Below, piece by piece: positions 41,301 through 54,053 of a stretch of 57,763 bases of DNA. A program made the position numbers and the translations under genes. The notes under the pieces are model-generated. The model saw only the letters and a program-made list of their open reading frames with translations, did not search any database and was not told the DNA's origin. The stretch is from Catajapyx aquilonaris (Eukaryota): assembly GCA_000934665.2 (NCBI GenBank), contig JYFJ02000606.1:62001-119763 (forward strand), given 5' to 3'. Every line of letters starts with the position of its first letter. Position 1 is the stretch's first letter.

Positions 41301-44300
41301 CAGTAAATTATAAAATTATTACAGGTATATGTCACCCCTTTTTGTTATGCAACTGTGTTATTAATTTACCAATGAAAATCTGCTCAGAATTGTACATCAA
41401 GTTTGGCTTTTTTAAGAAGGAAAAGTTCATTTAGCGAAAATAAATTTTTTATCCATTTTCACATTCGCGGACAAAAAAAAAGTTTGAAACAAATTAACTA
41501 GAGGAATACCGTAATAGGAAATTATCCGACGATTACATCTGATGTATTCAAAGAGCCGTTATTACTCTCTTCTTGTCGACAGTTCGAGTCGGGTTGTCAC
41601 GAATATTATGCACGCGTGCTTCGGCACTCGGGTTTTCGGCAGTCACAATGCAATAATTTCGGAATTCCCCGCAGCCCTGTACGTAGACGTAGGTGGACGG
41701 CGTTTGCAGCAAGTGAAGATTTACGATGGCCCAATACAATTTCCATACTGCACGCTCGGCGAGATTTGTTCGCTAACGTCACTTGAACGTTATAATGTGC
41801 ACTGTAGGTTACTACGTCCCGCTGATGGCAGATTTGCATCTTGTCCTTGCCTGTCACGAACCGAGCAAAAAATATGAACCGCAATGAAATTACTCCCGTT
41901 GAATTCAGGGCCCCCGTCCCCTACCACCCTACCCTTAACACGTCCGAATGCCAACCCCGAATGTAACTCGGAAGCGAACCTGTTGTAGGCAAAAATTTTG
42001 CACTTTCCATTCAGGCGCCTGCATGTTGAATGTGAACAGAATAGATGCATTGTAACGCCCCGCTCTTGATTGCCCTCCCTGAATTTTAAAATTGGTCCCC
42101 GTGTTTTCCCAGCATTTTTTCACGTTTTGTTCACATTTTCAAAGGGGGATTATTCTGTGCCCGGCTAAAAAAAGTATCGCATCTGATGTTTACGTGAGTA
42201 TGTTAATATTGTGCGGCTGTTTAAAGCTGCCCAGTTGAGACGTGCAGTCGATGTTGTAATTTTTTAACGAAAACATAAACTGATTAGCCATTTGCAGCCA
42301 TAAAATACGTCACAGTGGACACTATTGGTATAAGGTATAAGCAATGAAACTAACAGTGAGTTATTTAAATGCTATTTAACGGCTGAATCTATTCTAGACT
42401 ACTAAATTATTTTGTGAAAAGGTCAGTAGATGTAACAACTGCTGTTCTCCTTTTCGTACAGCAATACATTAGTGTTATTTTTAAAGAAAAACTTCAGGAA
42501 TGCAAGTACAGTAGGTGGAACATTTTTGTTAATATTGGTTTCATAATCATTACTAATAGGATTATAGTTTAAACTCGGTTTTACCTGCAGGATGGCTAAA
42601 TATTTTACTGGAATTTCGCTGAATTTGGCCACGTCCCAAATAAAGCCACTTGCACGGGACTTTTGAAATATTTGGTTAGACACACACACAAAAAAAACTT
42701 TCATTGCACTCTCATGGCATAATTTCCACCATAATTTCTCCAGTGCGAGAGCAGATCCTGGAATGGTCAAATTACTCGGCAGTTATTGGCACACCACGAC
42801 TGCAATCCCGTTGATTGCGAGCGAGTAAGACATGCGGTGTCGGGGCCAATTGCATCAATGCGGCAGACACGTGTCAAAGGGCAATGCAGGACCCACCCCC
42901 CGACACACAACAACTGACAGCGTTTTGTATTCTGACAGCCGACGGCTTTGACAGAACAACAACCATTGTTTACTCCGAGACTGTTTATGCTGGCAATTAC
43001 ATACTCAACGTTATTATCCAAACAGAAAATAATTTGCGCTTCCATCCGCAACCCCTGTCGGCTTTTACCGGCATTGCTCCCAAATTGAGGCTTTCAAGGT
43101 AATCTCCCCAACGTATTATTGTCCCCCGCTGCTATTTTACCACTCTCAATTGACAAACACAGCCGGGGCCTCTCCGGGACTAAAGGGCATAGAGCCTGGA
43201 TCCGAAAGTGTACAAAGCTGAATGCACTGTACACCGCCAGTAACTCAATGCGGATTAATAAGCATAAAGCTGTAATTATTTGATTACCTGATTCCACCGC
43301 GAGTGGTGTCATAGTTGAGGACGTAGTCTCCATGTTGCCATATGACGTAGGAGGAAGCCATGGAAGCATATTGTACGTGGCAGGTCAGCTCGATGGTGCT
43401 GCCCGCCTTGTAATACTTTTCGAAAACGTCTTCTCCTCTGTCGTTCACCACTCTGACCTGAGGAGCTGGAGAGAGAAAAATGACAATAATTATAAAAGAA
43501 AGTACAGGTACAGCTTTGAGATATAAGGTTGAGCCATTTTGTTGAGGTGCGTGTGCTAGAGAGAGGAAAAAGACTTTCGATTTTTGCACAGACGGAGAGA
43601 AAACAGAGACGGAAACATTTGGCGTTTCCCGTGTGACAACTCCCACTGCCCCGACGGATTCTGTTTCCACCAAAGGTTTCCTTTCCTTTTTCCTCTCTCA
43701 TTCTATCCCTACTCTCTCCACCAGACCAATTTAGCAAAGGCGCGACTGCCAGTCTTAATAATCATTGGACATGGCCAAGAACATGTAAAGAAAACTGCGG
43801 AGGAAAATTGCTAGAATTGAAACTGATTCCGGTAATGATGTCGATCCAGTAGCTATAAAAGATTGAAGTGGCGCATAGATTTAAGGATACAAATCCTTGA
43901 ACTTTTTTTTTGCTGGATTCCTTTTTTCCCCTTCTTGAAAAAGGGAAAGTGTTGTGCTTTCCACCTTCGGTTTTTGGTGTGCCAACCACGATCTTTCCAT
44001 CACTCCACGTTTCCATCGTCATTCTTCAAAATCCGGCAGCTTCACGACAGGGCGGTTCGAAAAAAGGTGCCCAAAAAAACCTCTAACCGCAGGAAAGGAA
44101 AAGATTGGTGGATGCATATGGTAAACGATGAAAAGTGTTTGTGGAGTGGGACCCTGAGCGACGACATCAGCTCCTCTTGTCGTTTTCTTTATGCCTTGTG
44201 GCCAATTCTTTAAAAAAAAAACTCCGCCCATTTCTCCCCTCATCGAAGAGGCCCCCTGGCATTTGAATAGCAAGGTCGGCTGCAAAAGACCGAAACCCAC

Positions 44301-47300
44301 CACTTTTTCACCTCCCATTTTTTTTTTGGGAAGGCCTATGCCTAAACATTCCCGGCATCCAGTCGCGCCTCCATCGCTTTATCCAACCCCCAGTAGCAAG
44401 CAGACCGTAGAAGCCTCTTGACGTTGCTTTTATAGTAGATCGGATGCTTTCTGGGGCGCCCCTCCTTCACCCTGTCCAACCATCGCTTTTCCTCCATTTC
44501 CCCAAAATGCCGAGCGGGATTCCGCACCCTCCGTAAAAGTAACCTCAAGTCCACCCCCCACTCTTGGCAACCGGAAATTAAATTCATCCGCCTTTGCCTC
44601 GTAGCCTCAACAAGTCAAATATGTCCGGGGGGAAATGATTGGATAGTCGATATTGAAATTTTCTATCACTTGGTCCTATTCATAATGTGATGAAGCTTGA
44701 TCTTAACCAGAAAATGGTCAGAAATGCGGAATTTTTTTCTGCTGGAATGATCCTCTCTGGATGATTCTGGTGAGAGGTACCTTGTATCACTTCTGTGGGG
44801 TCGTGTCTGGTTAGTTGGCAGCTCGACAGCTGCCTGCCACTTGCAATTAGACGTGAAGTCCCCTCTGGCATTCCTTCCATTCACTCAGCACAGCTTCAAC
44901 ATGGCTTCTTACAAGGCTCCTCTCAAAGATCCGTCAGGATAAATGGAAGAAAAATGCGTTTCCGATCGCCAATGTTGCGCTCCAACAATCTCAGGTGAAA
45001 GGTATCCGGCACAAATTGGGGTTCTCCTAGAAAAAGGAGTTTGCTTGCGGAACTCCACCGTCGGCCAATTAAGTCGGCTCGCTCTTCCACGCAACGTTTG
45101 TCACAAATACATTAATTAAGACCAAAGAACGGGGATGAAGGAAGGTGCGGAGAGAGGCGGGGGAAAACACTCGGAGTCATTAATTCTCCCCCAGTACTTG
45201 CAGATTACTTTCGACAAGTAATTATCGCAAACAACCTTGCGGAAATCCCACTTAGCACTGGGAAGGCCTCTTTTCTATATACGACTGTTCCTTATCGCAT
45301 GTGGTGTTTCCATTGTAATTTGATGCTTACCATTGATAAGCAAATGCACTTGGTTGACCTTGGGCGGGTGCGTGGATATTTGGCATTCGTACAGGCCCTC
45401 GTCCCTTTTATTGGCGTACGTGATCTTGAGCCTCCAGTTGCTTGGGTATTGGAAGTCCATGGAATATCTCGAGTCGCTGCTGTACGTGTGGTGACCCACT
45501 GTCAGCAGCTGGAGGTCGTCTTCTTTTCTTCTCACCCAGGAAACCTGCAATAATAAGTAACATACCGTTTAACAGTCTGTAGGTAACTGTCAAAAAATTT
45601 TGGACGATGTGTACAGACCCCCTGGAGGCAAACTCCATCGAAGATTTGATAATAAACGTTGCGGAGCGAATAGTTTGGGCCAAAGTTACCCGTCATTACC
45701 TTGCCCAAGTTTATATTCAGGCGTGTTTTGGCCCCTCTCTCTCTCATGGAAATGAATTCCTGCAATATTGTGTTTGCTCTCGGCGTCCCTCGGGTGGGTC
45801 CTTATTGTTTTCGTGTCCCGGATTTCTGTCGGGTATATACCCCCAACGCTTTCCCACAAGTTGCTGCGCCGTGTCATAAATATACAAGATCGTTTCCGGG
45901 AAAAGCGGTATTGAATTCCTCCGGCTCGTGTTTGTACAGGTTAAGAAACGGGATTGAAATCGAGCCAAGTTTTTGGGAGGGGAGGTCCGGACTCTGCCCC
46001 CCTTCTATACTCCCTATAAAAGCAATCAGATTTCAGGGTCCGGATATATGCTCCGGATTTTTATACCATGTTGCATGTCCCCTTCCAACCATTCCGAACG
46101 CATTATGATGGCATGCATTTCATCGAATTTGACGAAGTGGATAAGCCATCTGCTCAATCTGCTTGTTCTTCTCATGTACAGTATTATTATGAAGAGTCAA
46201 GTTACTCTGTTACATGGAGCCCTCTTTGTACTTAAATTGAGATCTGAAACCACACAATTTTGCGACAAACCTTTAACTTGATCAGTTCTGCAGGAACACC
46301 CTGTGCCCTGGGATTAAACAGGTTTGGCATGATACGTACTGACCGCACGGTTGGACACATCAAGTGCGAGGTTATTATTCACTAATAAAATTTGGTGGGA
46401 CCATACGCCGCGTCCATTATTTGGGTGGACCCATGCAGCATGCATCAGACAAGTTGCGTGCAGAATGCATGCCTAACATGAGATTTGTGCGAAACATCCC
46501 ACCCGTCCCCCCACCCCTCCTAGTTTTGGCCCCAAAATAAGCGTGCCGAGCCATGAAAACAACCCGTGCGAATGTGCTTCTGATAAGCGAGCCACGACCA
46601 GACAATCCCGGAAGACAGGAAAATTAAATTGCGGAAGGTTTCCTCGAGCGGAAACGTAAAGCGTCCCAGAGGCAGCAGAATCCACGTGGTATTGACCCCC
46701 TCAGCCTTTTCCCCCTATGTCAAAAAAAGAAAAAGGGAAATTGTAACACTAGATCGTAAACTTACTGCTTAGAAATTAACTGGTACGCAAGCCTTCATAC
46801 AGTGTGTGTCGAGAGGGCGGTATTATTTGCGCTGGGTTTGTAATGGGCGCCCTTTTGCTTTCAGAATATTCTAAGCAAGCGGCCTTTTGTAAACAGCGCC
46901 TTTGACAAGGTGTTTTTGGCCACACACAGCCCCGTTTTCAGGTGAGAGTTTGCTGCGGTTTGCCTTTCATCTTGAATGTATCGCCCAGCATTTTGCCTCT
47001 CAGTGTCACATAAAGGGGGCCGTTTGTAGAGTGTGTCCACAACCAAGAAGTCTTTTGTGTGTAAACCATTTATAGTCAGACATGAAGTCTTTGACTCACC
47101 CTTTAACATATAGCGATTGAAATATACCAGCCGTTTCCCCCAAAAACCGGCTGTATTGCGGCGCCCGCATCATCATTAAAAGGCAACTGGCGTAAATAAC
47201 TCTTTCCGTCTTTTGGCGATTTATAGAGTGGAAGGGCCGGTAACGGTAAACCTCAATCGTCGGATTTGCATTATCGCCTAGTACAGGTCGAATTATAGGC

Positions 47301-50300
47301 CTGGTTAGATTGACGGGAGATCCCATCCACATTTAAATCGCACGTGTCCATTTCCACCCGCACCCATCACTGCGGATTGGTCCCCAAAAAAGGGGGTGCG
47401 CAACACAGCTAGCTGATTCACTGCCAATTGATAATCTAATCGCGATTTACTTGGGTGTTGGGTGCACGAACTGTGCTAATGACACGGCTTTTGTGTGTGT
47501 CCCACCAGCCCTCTGGCTGGTTGCTACTCCCGGACCCGGTTCGGATGCATATAACAAGCTCCGGGGAGAAGCCAGTGACTAATTAGAATCATTACCGCGC
47601 CTATACATACACGCATGGAACCTACATTTGCAAATAATGCCATCGGGTTTTTTTCCGTTGCATGGTCCTGCTACGCTGAGAGAAAATGTTGAATTGTGCG
47701 AGTTTAGTGCGTTTGGAAAAACAACGGGCTAGAAAAAGGCTGCCGCATTGAGCTTGTTTTTTTGTTAAAAGAATGCAAGGAAAGATAAGAAGCCTGCTGG
47801 AAGTGATAATAAAATATTTGTCGTCAAATGATCAAATATTTAAGAACACTATTATGATTTTAAAATAAATAAGCAAAATAATCATTTTTGATGCCGTTAT
47901 TAACCTGTTGTAATTGGCAGAGGTTCATTTGAAGGTTAGTTAACCACTCACATCGTCGGTGTGTACGACGCCTGTCTTTGCAAACTACTTTTTTTTACAC
48001 CCTGTGGCGGCTACGTGTCTGGCGCTTCTCTCTCCTTCTTCGCCCTTGCTTTCTTGGGCGTTAATTAATTATCACCGAGGCCTAGTGCTTTGCGAGCTGC
48101 TTGATGTACGTGCTCCCGGAAACATCTCCCCCCCCACCCCCTTCCTCCTCTCCCCACATCCTCCCCATGTTTTATTCTTCACCTTGTTTCTTCCTCCCCT
48201 CAATTATTCAAAATTTCCCCGCGACATTCCAGCTCTTTAGCAAGTGCTAACCCCGTTTTTGTTTCCACCTCGTAATGGCTCTCTCAGCTTAAACGACCGT
48301 TTGAGTTAAATCCGAACCGTTTTATTTATATTCTTTTTTTTAAAAAGGTTGACATATTGACCAACTATAACTTTTCCTTTCTACTTATATGGTCGAATCC
48401 GGCAGAAGAGCAGAACCGCTTATTTGTCACAGCATATCGATCACACAGGGAGGGCTTTGCGTCTAACCTAGCTGCCAGCAAGTTACTTGGGTCTGGTCCC
48501 GGCGAATGGGATGCTGGGAAATCGATGGAGGGAAAAGGGAGAGGCAGCAGGAGCCTGCAAGGATAGACGGAGGTCTTTGACTGAAAGTGACGGCGGGAGA
48601 TTGCGTTTCTCTGCCGGACTTCTAAATGCCGCAAGATGGTGTCGTTTGCATCATTTGCTTCGACCCTAGGAGAAGGAAGCGTGGGAATCGCTGGTTAAGG
48701 GACGCCGTCGCTAGATGGAGCTGAGACGCCGCCGCCGCCATCTTGGTCCCCTGATATCATATAAGTCAGGTTAAACTTGGGTTAAACCCAATGAAAACTT
48801 ACTTTTTCCTCTTTATGAGCAAACGACATGTTAGCCACTTTATCACGTGCCAGATTCCCCCCAAAAAACCCGTCTATGATAGTCACAAGTGTGTTAATGA
48901 CACCAAGTTTCCAGCCCCATTAGGCAAGGTGTCTCAATTATGAAACGTTGTCATTAAAAGCCCGGGCGGCAAATTAACCCTCTCTCCACCTTCATAAACG
49001 CAATATTCCCACCATTGCCACGAGCCTAAAGATGGCGGCTTGGAAACTATAGAGGGTTTGGTTGGCGGAAATCTTTGGGTAGAGGGCGTGGAGTAAGGTC
49101 CAACTGGATAAAAAAAAGAGGGGGTCCTCGCATTCCAAGAGCCTTGGAAGACCTCCCATTCCATGTTCCGGGACTCGGTGCCGACTATTAGCACGTACCG
49201 GAATATTGCGGGTGGGAATTGTGCACGGTGACTGGTATTTCCGGAGAAAGGCCCCGGAGTCTGTACCCTAGTATAGCCCGGAGGAAATACGCCGCGTGTT
49301 GTTCTTCGTCGATGCAGACTCGCTAATGCTTTTCAGGCTGCGACGCTGTGTTTTCAATGCCGAGCAGGCTTCTATCGCACTTTTTTTTTAGCGAGCTTCT
49401 ATCGAGGGGATTACTTTCTGGCGGGATGACAGATAAGGTTGGGATATTTTTTTATAGGAGAAATAATTTTTCCGGGGCAAACAGGGCAGTGCGATCAAGT
49501 CATCAATTCCACGCAGGATGTGTACAGAGTGGCGGAACATTTTGAAGCGATTTAATAGGAATGCGGAACAATCAGAGGAACAATTCGATAATTTCGAGTC
49601 ACATTGCTGAATATAATAACTATAGAAGAACCTTGTTACAAAATGCCTATATCAATATAATATTTTGACCTCTCTATTTTTCCATTTTAAATATCCAGTT
49701 AATTGGAGGATTTTGCAATGTTAGTGCGAAAACACCTGAAATAATCATTATTGTGGCCAGAGAGTGTTGTTTTCACTCATAGAAGTAGACTATGACCTAA
49801 TTTTAACAATTTGTGTTTTTTCTACAAAAAATTACGGTTCATTTCGCTCGCGAGTTAAGTAAAATAAAAATAAACATGTGCAAAATTATGCAAAACGTGA
49901 GAAACTTCAACAATGCCCTAGAACCTAGATATTATTCACAATGCGACATCTGGTTATTTTACCCATGTGTTAATGCAAATAATTTGAGCTCCGTGTTATG
50001 AATAAAAGCTTATGATTTATTAATGAATAACATTATTAACATGTTGCCGGTCTGCTGATGTTAGTAACAAACTAGATAGATCACAAAAATAAGATAATGC
50101 GTATGTGCGTTCCCTAGCCATGCATAAAGTTTTGGGCACACTCGACATTCATGGAGGAGGACAGGTGCAGAAGCCCAGCTTTTGTTACAGGCTCTTGACA
50201 TTTACTGTCTCACAGCCAGATGTTTGCGAGCCCCTGCAGAAAACCTCACCTCCTCCAGTTACATCCGCTTTAAATCACGAGAGTAATGCTCTTAGCACCG

Positions 50301-52985
50301 TCTAATTGGCTTATTAACAGCCAGAGACACATAAAAATAATTAGCGGGCGAAAAAAAATCTTTTCAGTTCTCCAGCCCTTTCCATACGTTTCGCTGGGAG
50401 TGTTCAAATGTGACGAATTGCAACAAAAGCGCCATGCAACAACTGTGTGGTTCATAAATCAGGACTCAACTCTCCCAACTTTTTGGGTCCCAGTTGGCAG
50501 GGGCTGGAAGACAAAAGAAACTGCTTTTCGATATGATAAAGCTAGCTGGGAGTGTGATCAATAATGAGAGTGCCTAGATCCTAATCCTTTAAAGTTGACA
50601 CAGCATTTTATATTTTTTTTGGAAAATTTTAATCTAATTGCGCACTCGGCGCAGTTTAGCAGGGTCGTTGCAGATTGGTGAGTGTTTTTATTGGGGCTTT
50701 GAGAGTAGGTCAGGGAGCAGCATCCGAGGGTCATGGACCGGTGATGGAATGTCAATTTTGAGTCCCGTGAGATTCAGCTATTGGACCCAACGTCTTTGTG
50801 GATCATCCGAGTAATTCCGGCATGTACGTATGAAAGTCACCTCCGGTTCCGGGAAAAAAAATCCGTTTTCAAACCTTATGACCCACACTAAAAAACGTGT
50901 TCGTATTGATGTTTTTATTAATTCATGTGGAGGAAGTTAGTAAAAAACGAAAATAAACACTCTTTTACCATTGCTTAACAATTCGAATCAACAAGTCTGC
51001 GTCAAGCGAAAAGTGGAGACAAAAAACCGTCGGAGTTCCTCCAATGCGGAAAGCATGAATAATTTCGGTTAATTACAAACTCCTGTGAAATTGCTCTACG
51101 CTGTATTGTGCTTCTAGACGGGGGCGGTGCTTCATACATTTTTTTTTGTTTTATTTTGTAGCCAAGTGTGCGGCACTAGGTACTACATTAGCGACTGGCG
51201 AACAGCTTCTGAGAAAGTTGTCGGACTGGTTAATTTTGGTGGAGACAAAAAAGGGGACGTGGTTTTGGCGAAACAAGCGTAAATTTGCGGTGGGTCAGAA
51301 TTGGCAAAATTTTCTGCGGGCCAATAGCTGTCCATCAACTGGCAGCCAACAGAGCGTGGAATCTATTTCATTTCATTTTAATTCTCTCTCGATGATCACA
51401 TTCCCCCTAACCTATATATGCGTGGACAAACGAGGCATTTGATTTCCTGGGTGCAGCCCGGAGGATTACTGCTAATCTCGACTGGCTTTCCGCAGATAAA
51501 CAAAATGCGATTTAATTTATGGCGGGCTTGCTCTCGCTGTGACAATTCCGCGGCAGCAGGAAACTGACGTCGCGGCGCTAGATTACTCGCTCACAACAAA
51601 ATGATTTTTGCGTGATGCCCATTGCCGATGACGTCCTGGGGTCGGATTGTGTCCGTATGACAAAAAAATATATATACCCGATGATTAATCCCGCTGCTTT
51701 TTTTTTATTAGCGAGCGATCGTTGGAAAGCTGCATCGACTCTCTGTTACAGGTTCGCGTGCCGTAAAACAAAATAAAAGGATTGGTCAATTTCCCGTGTG
51801 ACATGAAATCCCGGATTAGGCAATAATTCCGGATGAATAGAAAGAATGGTCGGGGGATCCGACCAAGTTTCAATAAACAGGCATTGACCGAGGTAACGGC
51901 AGCTGTTGTTATGTTTTATTCATGGGCTGCGAATAACGTTACGTGACGTACACGCGAGTGTTTGCTGCACAGTACAAAATAATATGACCTGGTTTTTAAA
52001 AAATTAAGTACTAAATAGTTTGGCATAATAATAACTACTATAGGCCAACTAGGGACTATGATTTTAGAAGCGGCCTCTAAGGGTTGAGAAATTGTTAGAG
52101 CAACATGACTTTAAAATCTGCCCCAGGAGAATTCACATAATTATTATACAGTAGTTAGGCAGGGCCTGCGGAACATTGCGTAAATATTACAGACTGCCTT
52201 TGTTGTTTCAAGGAATGAATATTGACGTTATGGAAGTTTTGAGGCCATTTCCCAGTAACCCAGTGAACCGATTGGCTTTGTGGTGTGGTTTACAGAATAA
52301 ACATTTTTGACAGCTGGTGTGATACGACTCACAGATAATTTTACTGGACATGTTTCGTAAAGATTTTTTGCAGACATTGAATTTTGCACTGCCAAAATAC
52401 GTTATCCCAAAAGATTTTGAAGCCTACATTTTATTTTTATTACTTGATTGCATTTTCATGATTTACGAATATTATTTTTCCGAACGAATTGCACTGTTTG
52501 TACAGCAGACCACTGCATCTTTGAGACCCCCGTTAACCGACGCCCCCTCTGTGCACACCAGTTTACGAAACTTTCAGACCAGAATTTATGACCGGTGCGC
52601 CTGAAACAGACACCCCAACCAGGTTCGGCATTAAAAAAAAGTCCAACCTCTAGGCTTGACCCCCCTTTAAAAAACAAAGTGGGACAGTCGACCTGGCAGG
52701 AAAGCAAATCTGCGGGCATTTTCCATTCTGCTTTTTTTTGTGTGTGTGTCTATCCTGGGCTTACCATTTTGTCTTGCAAAAGGCTGATGCGGCAATCCAG
52801 GTACACAGTGCTCCCAGCCCGGACGGTTACGGTGGTCACGTTGGTCTCTTCAAAGTGAGGGCCCCAGGGATGATCATGGTGGTGGTGCTTCTGGTTGGAG
52901 TGGGCGTCGAATATATATCCCAGGAGCGGCGACTCCGTTTTCACCAGCTGATTCTCTTGAGCTCGAGAGCTGTTGCTGTGCGAGG
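32224..52985 (-). CDS. dpr20: Dpr-family two-Ig-domain neuronal cell-surface protein (dpr20-like / zig-8-like), 5 coding exons, 5'-incomplete: join(52985-52765,45544-45331,43465-43288,37332-37196,32327-32224)
   Basis: The spliced translation is open throughout: (x)SHSNSSRAQENQLVKTESPLLGYIFDAHSNQKHHHHDHPWGPHFEETNVTTVTVRAGSTVYLDCRISLLQDKM|VSWVRRKEDDLQLLTVGHHTYSSDSRYSMDFQYPSNWRLKITYANKRDEGLYECQISTHPPKVNQVHLLIN|APQVRVVNDRGEDVFEKYYKAGSTIELTCHVQYASMASSYVIWQHGDYVLNYDTTRGGI|SVKTDLKEDGAVSKLLVARVQKADSGNYTCSISPKDVAVVTVHVLN|GEHPAGLQHGGAPHLTCLRMVLLLLCSIFATTVR*. It carries the Dpr hallmark motifs VSWxR, LLTVG-TY-D-R, DEGxYECQxSTxP, LNYD-RGGISV, DSGNYTC and VHVLNGExPA. All four introns are GT-AG with matching phases. 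The family call is strong. The dpr20 subfamily call rests on recalled motifs (YIFD-H...GPHFE, CRISLLQDK, FQYP-NWRLKIT) and needs a phylogeny. Confidence 0.93.
37196..37332 (-). CDS. dpr20: Dpr gene coding exon D (second half of Ig2)
   Basis: 137 bp. Acceptor ttgttccttgcAG|C (phase 2) and donor AATG|GTAAGC (phase 1). Encodes SVKTDL...DSGNYTCSIS...VHVLN. Confidence 0.95.
37461..37584. mobile_element. Tc1/mariner-type MITE (about 124 bp) in the Dpr intron between exons C and D
   Basis: Left ACAGGCTGTATCCGCAATG against the reverse complement of the right end, ACAGGGTGT-TCCGTAATG (37566-37583). The right end finishes in TA. It has the same CAGGGTG terminus as the 22164 element. Confidence 0.55.
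43288..43465 (-). CDS. dpr20: Dpr gene coding exon C (first half of Ig2)
   Basis: 178 bp. Acceptor ttttctctctccAG|CT (phase 1) and donor ATCAG|GTAATC (phase 2). Encodes APQVRVV...KYYKAGSTIELTC...W...LNYDTTRGGI. Confidence 0.95.
45331..45544 (-). CDS. dpr20: Dpr gene coding exon B (Ig1 core)
   Basis: 214 bp. Acceptor ttattgcAG|GTT (phase 0) and donor AATG|GTAAGC (phase 1). Encodes VSWVRR...DEGLYECQISTHPP...LLIN. Confidence 0.96.
48709..48745. promoter_or_regulatory. Adjacent CTCF-like and YY1/Pho-like motifs in the Dpr intron between exons A and B
   Basis: CGCTAGATGGAGC (48709-48721) is one mismatch from the CTCF core CGCTAGATGGCGC. GCCGCCATCTTG (48734-48745) is the reverse complement of the YY1 consensus CAAGATGGCGGC. 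This is a motif match only. Confidence 0.3.
52765..52985 (-). CDS. dpr20: Dpr gene coding exon A (His-rich linker and start of Ig1)
   Basis: 221 bp. The acceptor is a polypyrimidine tract ending ...gggctttcAG|CC (phase 1) and the donor is ATG|GTAAGC (phase 0). Encodes ...HHHHDHPWGPHFEETNVTTVTVRAGSTVYLDCRISLLQDKM, including the first Ig1 Cys. Confidence 0.92.
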
Positions 52986-53687
52986 CTGAAAGCCCAATCA
53001 TATAGAAAGAAGAAAAAAAAATAGTTTAGAGAGCAGGAAGGGTAGATATTGAGATTGGAGAAAAGCTTCAAGTGGGGTGGAGCTTGTTTCTAATGATTCA
53101 TAGTCAGAAACATGCACTGGAAGGGCTGGAGCTTTTTTGATTTGTACAGAGGGGCTTGGTAAAATCGTTTTATCTCAACTCTCGCAAGGATGATGGGCAT
53201 TTCGAGGTCAACTGGGCACAAAATGTGATGAACTGTAGTGGGGCCATGTTATATTTTTTTGGAGGAGATCTGTGTAGCCAGCTCTCTCTGACTGGATTTA
53301 TTGGCAGCGAGCCGCGGACTGTTTTTCCCATTCTGATACGACATAGCTCGAGTTTTGCTATCAGGAATGGAAAAGTATGGCATGTTTTGCTCTGTAGTAA
53401 GCTAATAATTGACATTCAGTCTTGTGGACATGAAGTGGGTTTTGTTTGTGTGGCACGGCCAAATGATCGTGGTTAGCTTACCGTGCTGATATTATCGGGA
53501 TAATATTCGTCCTCCATTCGACGCATGTCCAAAATTCCGTAATATTTTTGTAACGTTTCCAAAAGTAGATCAGGCCATTACACCGGAAATCCGCTGCACC
53601 TATAATATTCAAGTATAGGTTATTGAATGGTTTATCTAACGTTTTAAATGGCGTTTAGAGAATCAGCTTTATACTGTAGCAGCCTCA

Positions 53688-54053
53688 TTTTATCCTGACA
53701 GTGCAGGGCCACCCATGCATCACGACTGTTGAGCGGGGAGTGGGACTCACAGGATAAACTTCAAATCCTGTGAGTCCCACTTCCCGTTCAACAGTAATGA
53801 TGCATGAGTTGCCCTGCAATGCCAGGATAAAAGAACGCTACTGGTCATTCAGAGTAGTATAGTATAGGCCTTAGTTGAGAATATCATAATAATCATAATT
53901 TATGATATTATGATATTCTAATCAAGGATAATCCAGGCAAATGTAATTATTACTCTGAACACTAGTAGGCTATCCTTTTAGCCTGACATTGCAGGGCATC
54001 ACGTGCATCACTTCTGTTCAACGGGAAGCGGCAGGCACTCACACGATAAACTT
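53688..54053. repeat. Compound nested palindrome A-A'-B-B'-A (foldback-like)
   Basis: A (53688-53755) pairs with A' (53765-53832) over about 68 bp around a 9-nt loop. A second palindrome is centred at 53899 (ATCATAA-T-TTATGAT, extending through AGAATATCATAAT/ATTATGATATTCT and TTCAGAGTA/TACTCTGAA). It runs outward to pair A' with a third, diverged direct copy of A at 53976-54053. Confidence 0.88.

Noticed and set aside
41595..41865. TGTCACGAA repeated twice, resembling LTR starts
   Set aside because: The identity is limited to 9 bp, with no PBS, PPT, matching CA end or TSD.
52986..53001. In-frame ATG (MIGLS) as the Dpr start codon
   Set aside because: It lies between the polypyrimidine tract and the AG of a clear acceptor and gives no signal peptide.
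53482..53600. Possible upstream Dpr exon ending at ACG|GTAAGC (MRRMEDEYYPDNIST)
   Set aside because: The phase-1 frame needed to join exon A contains a TAA just before the donor. The Met-initiated frame is phase 0 and has no signal peptide.
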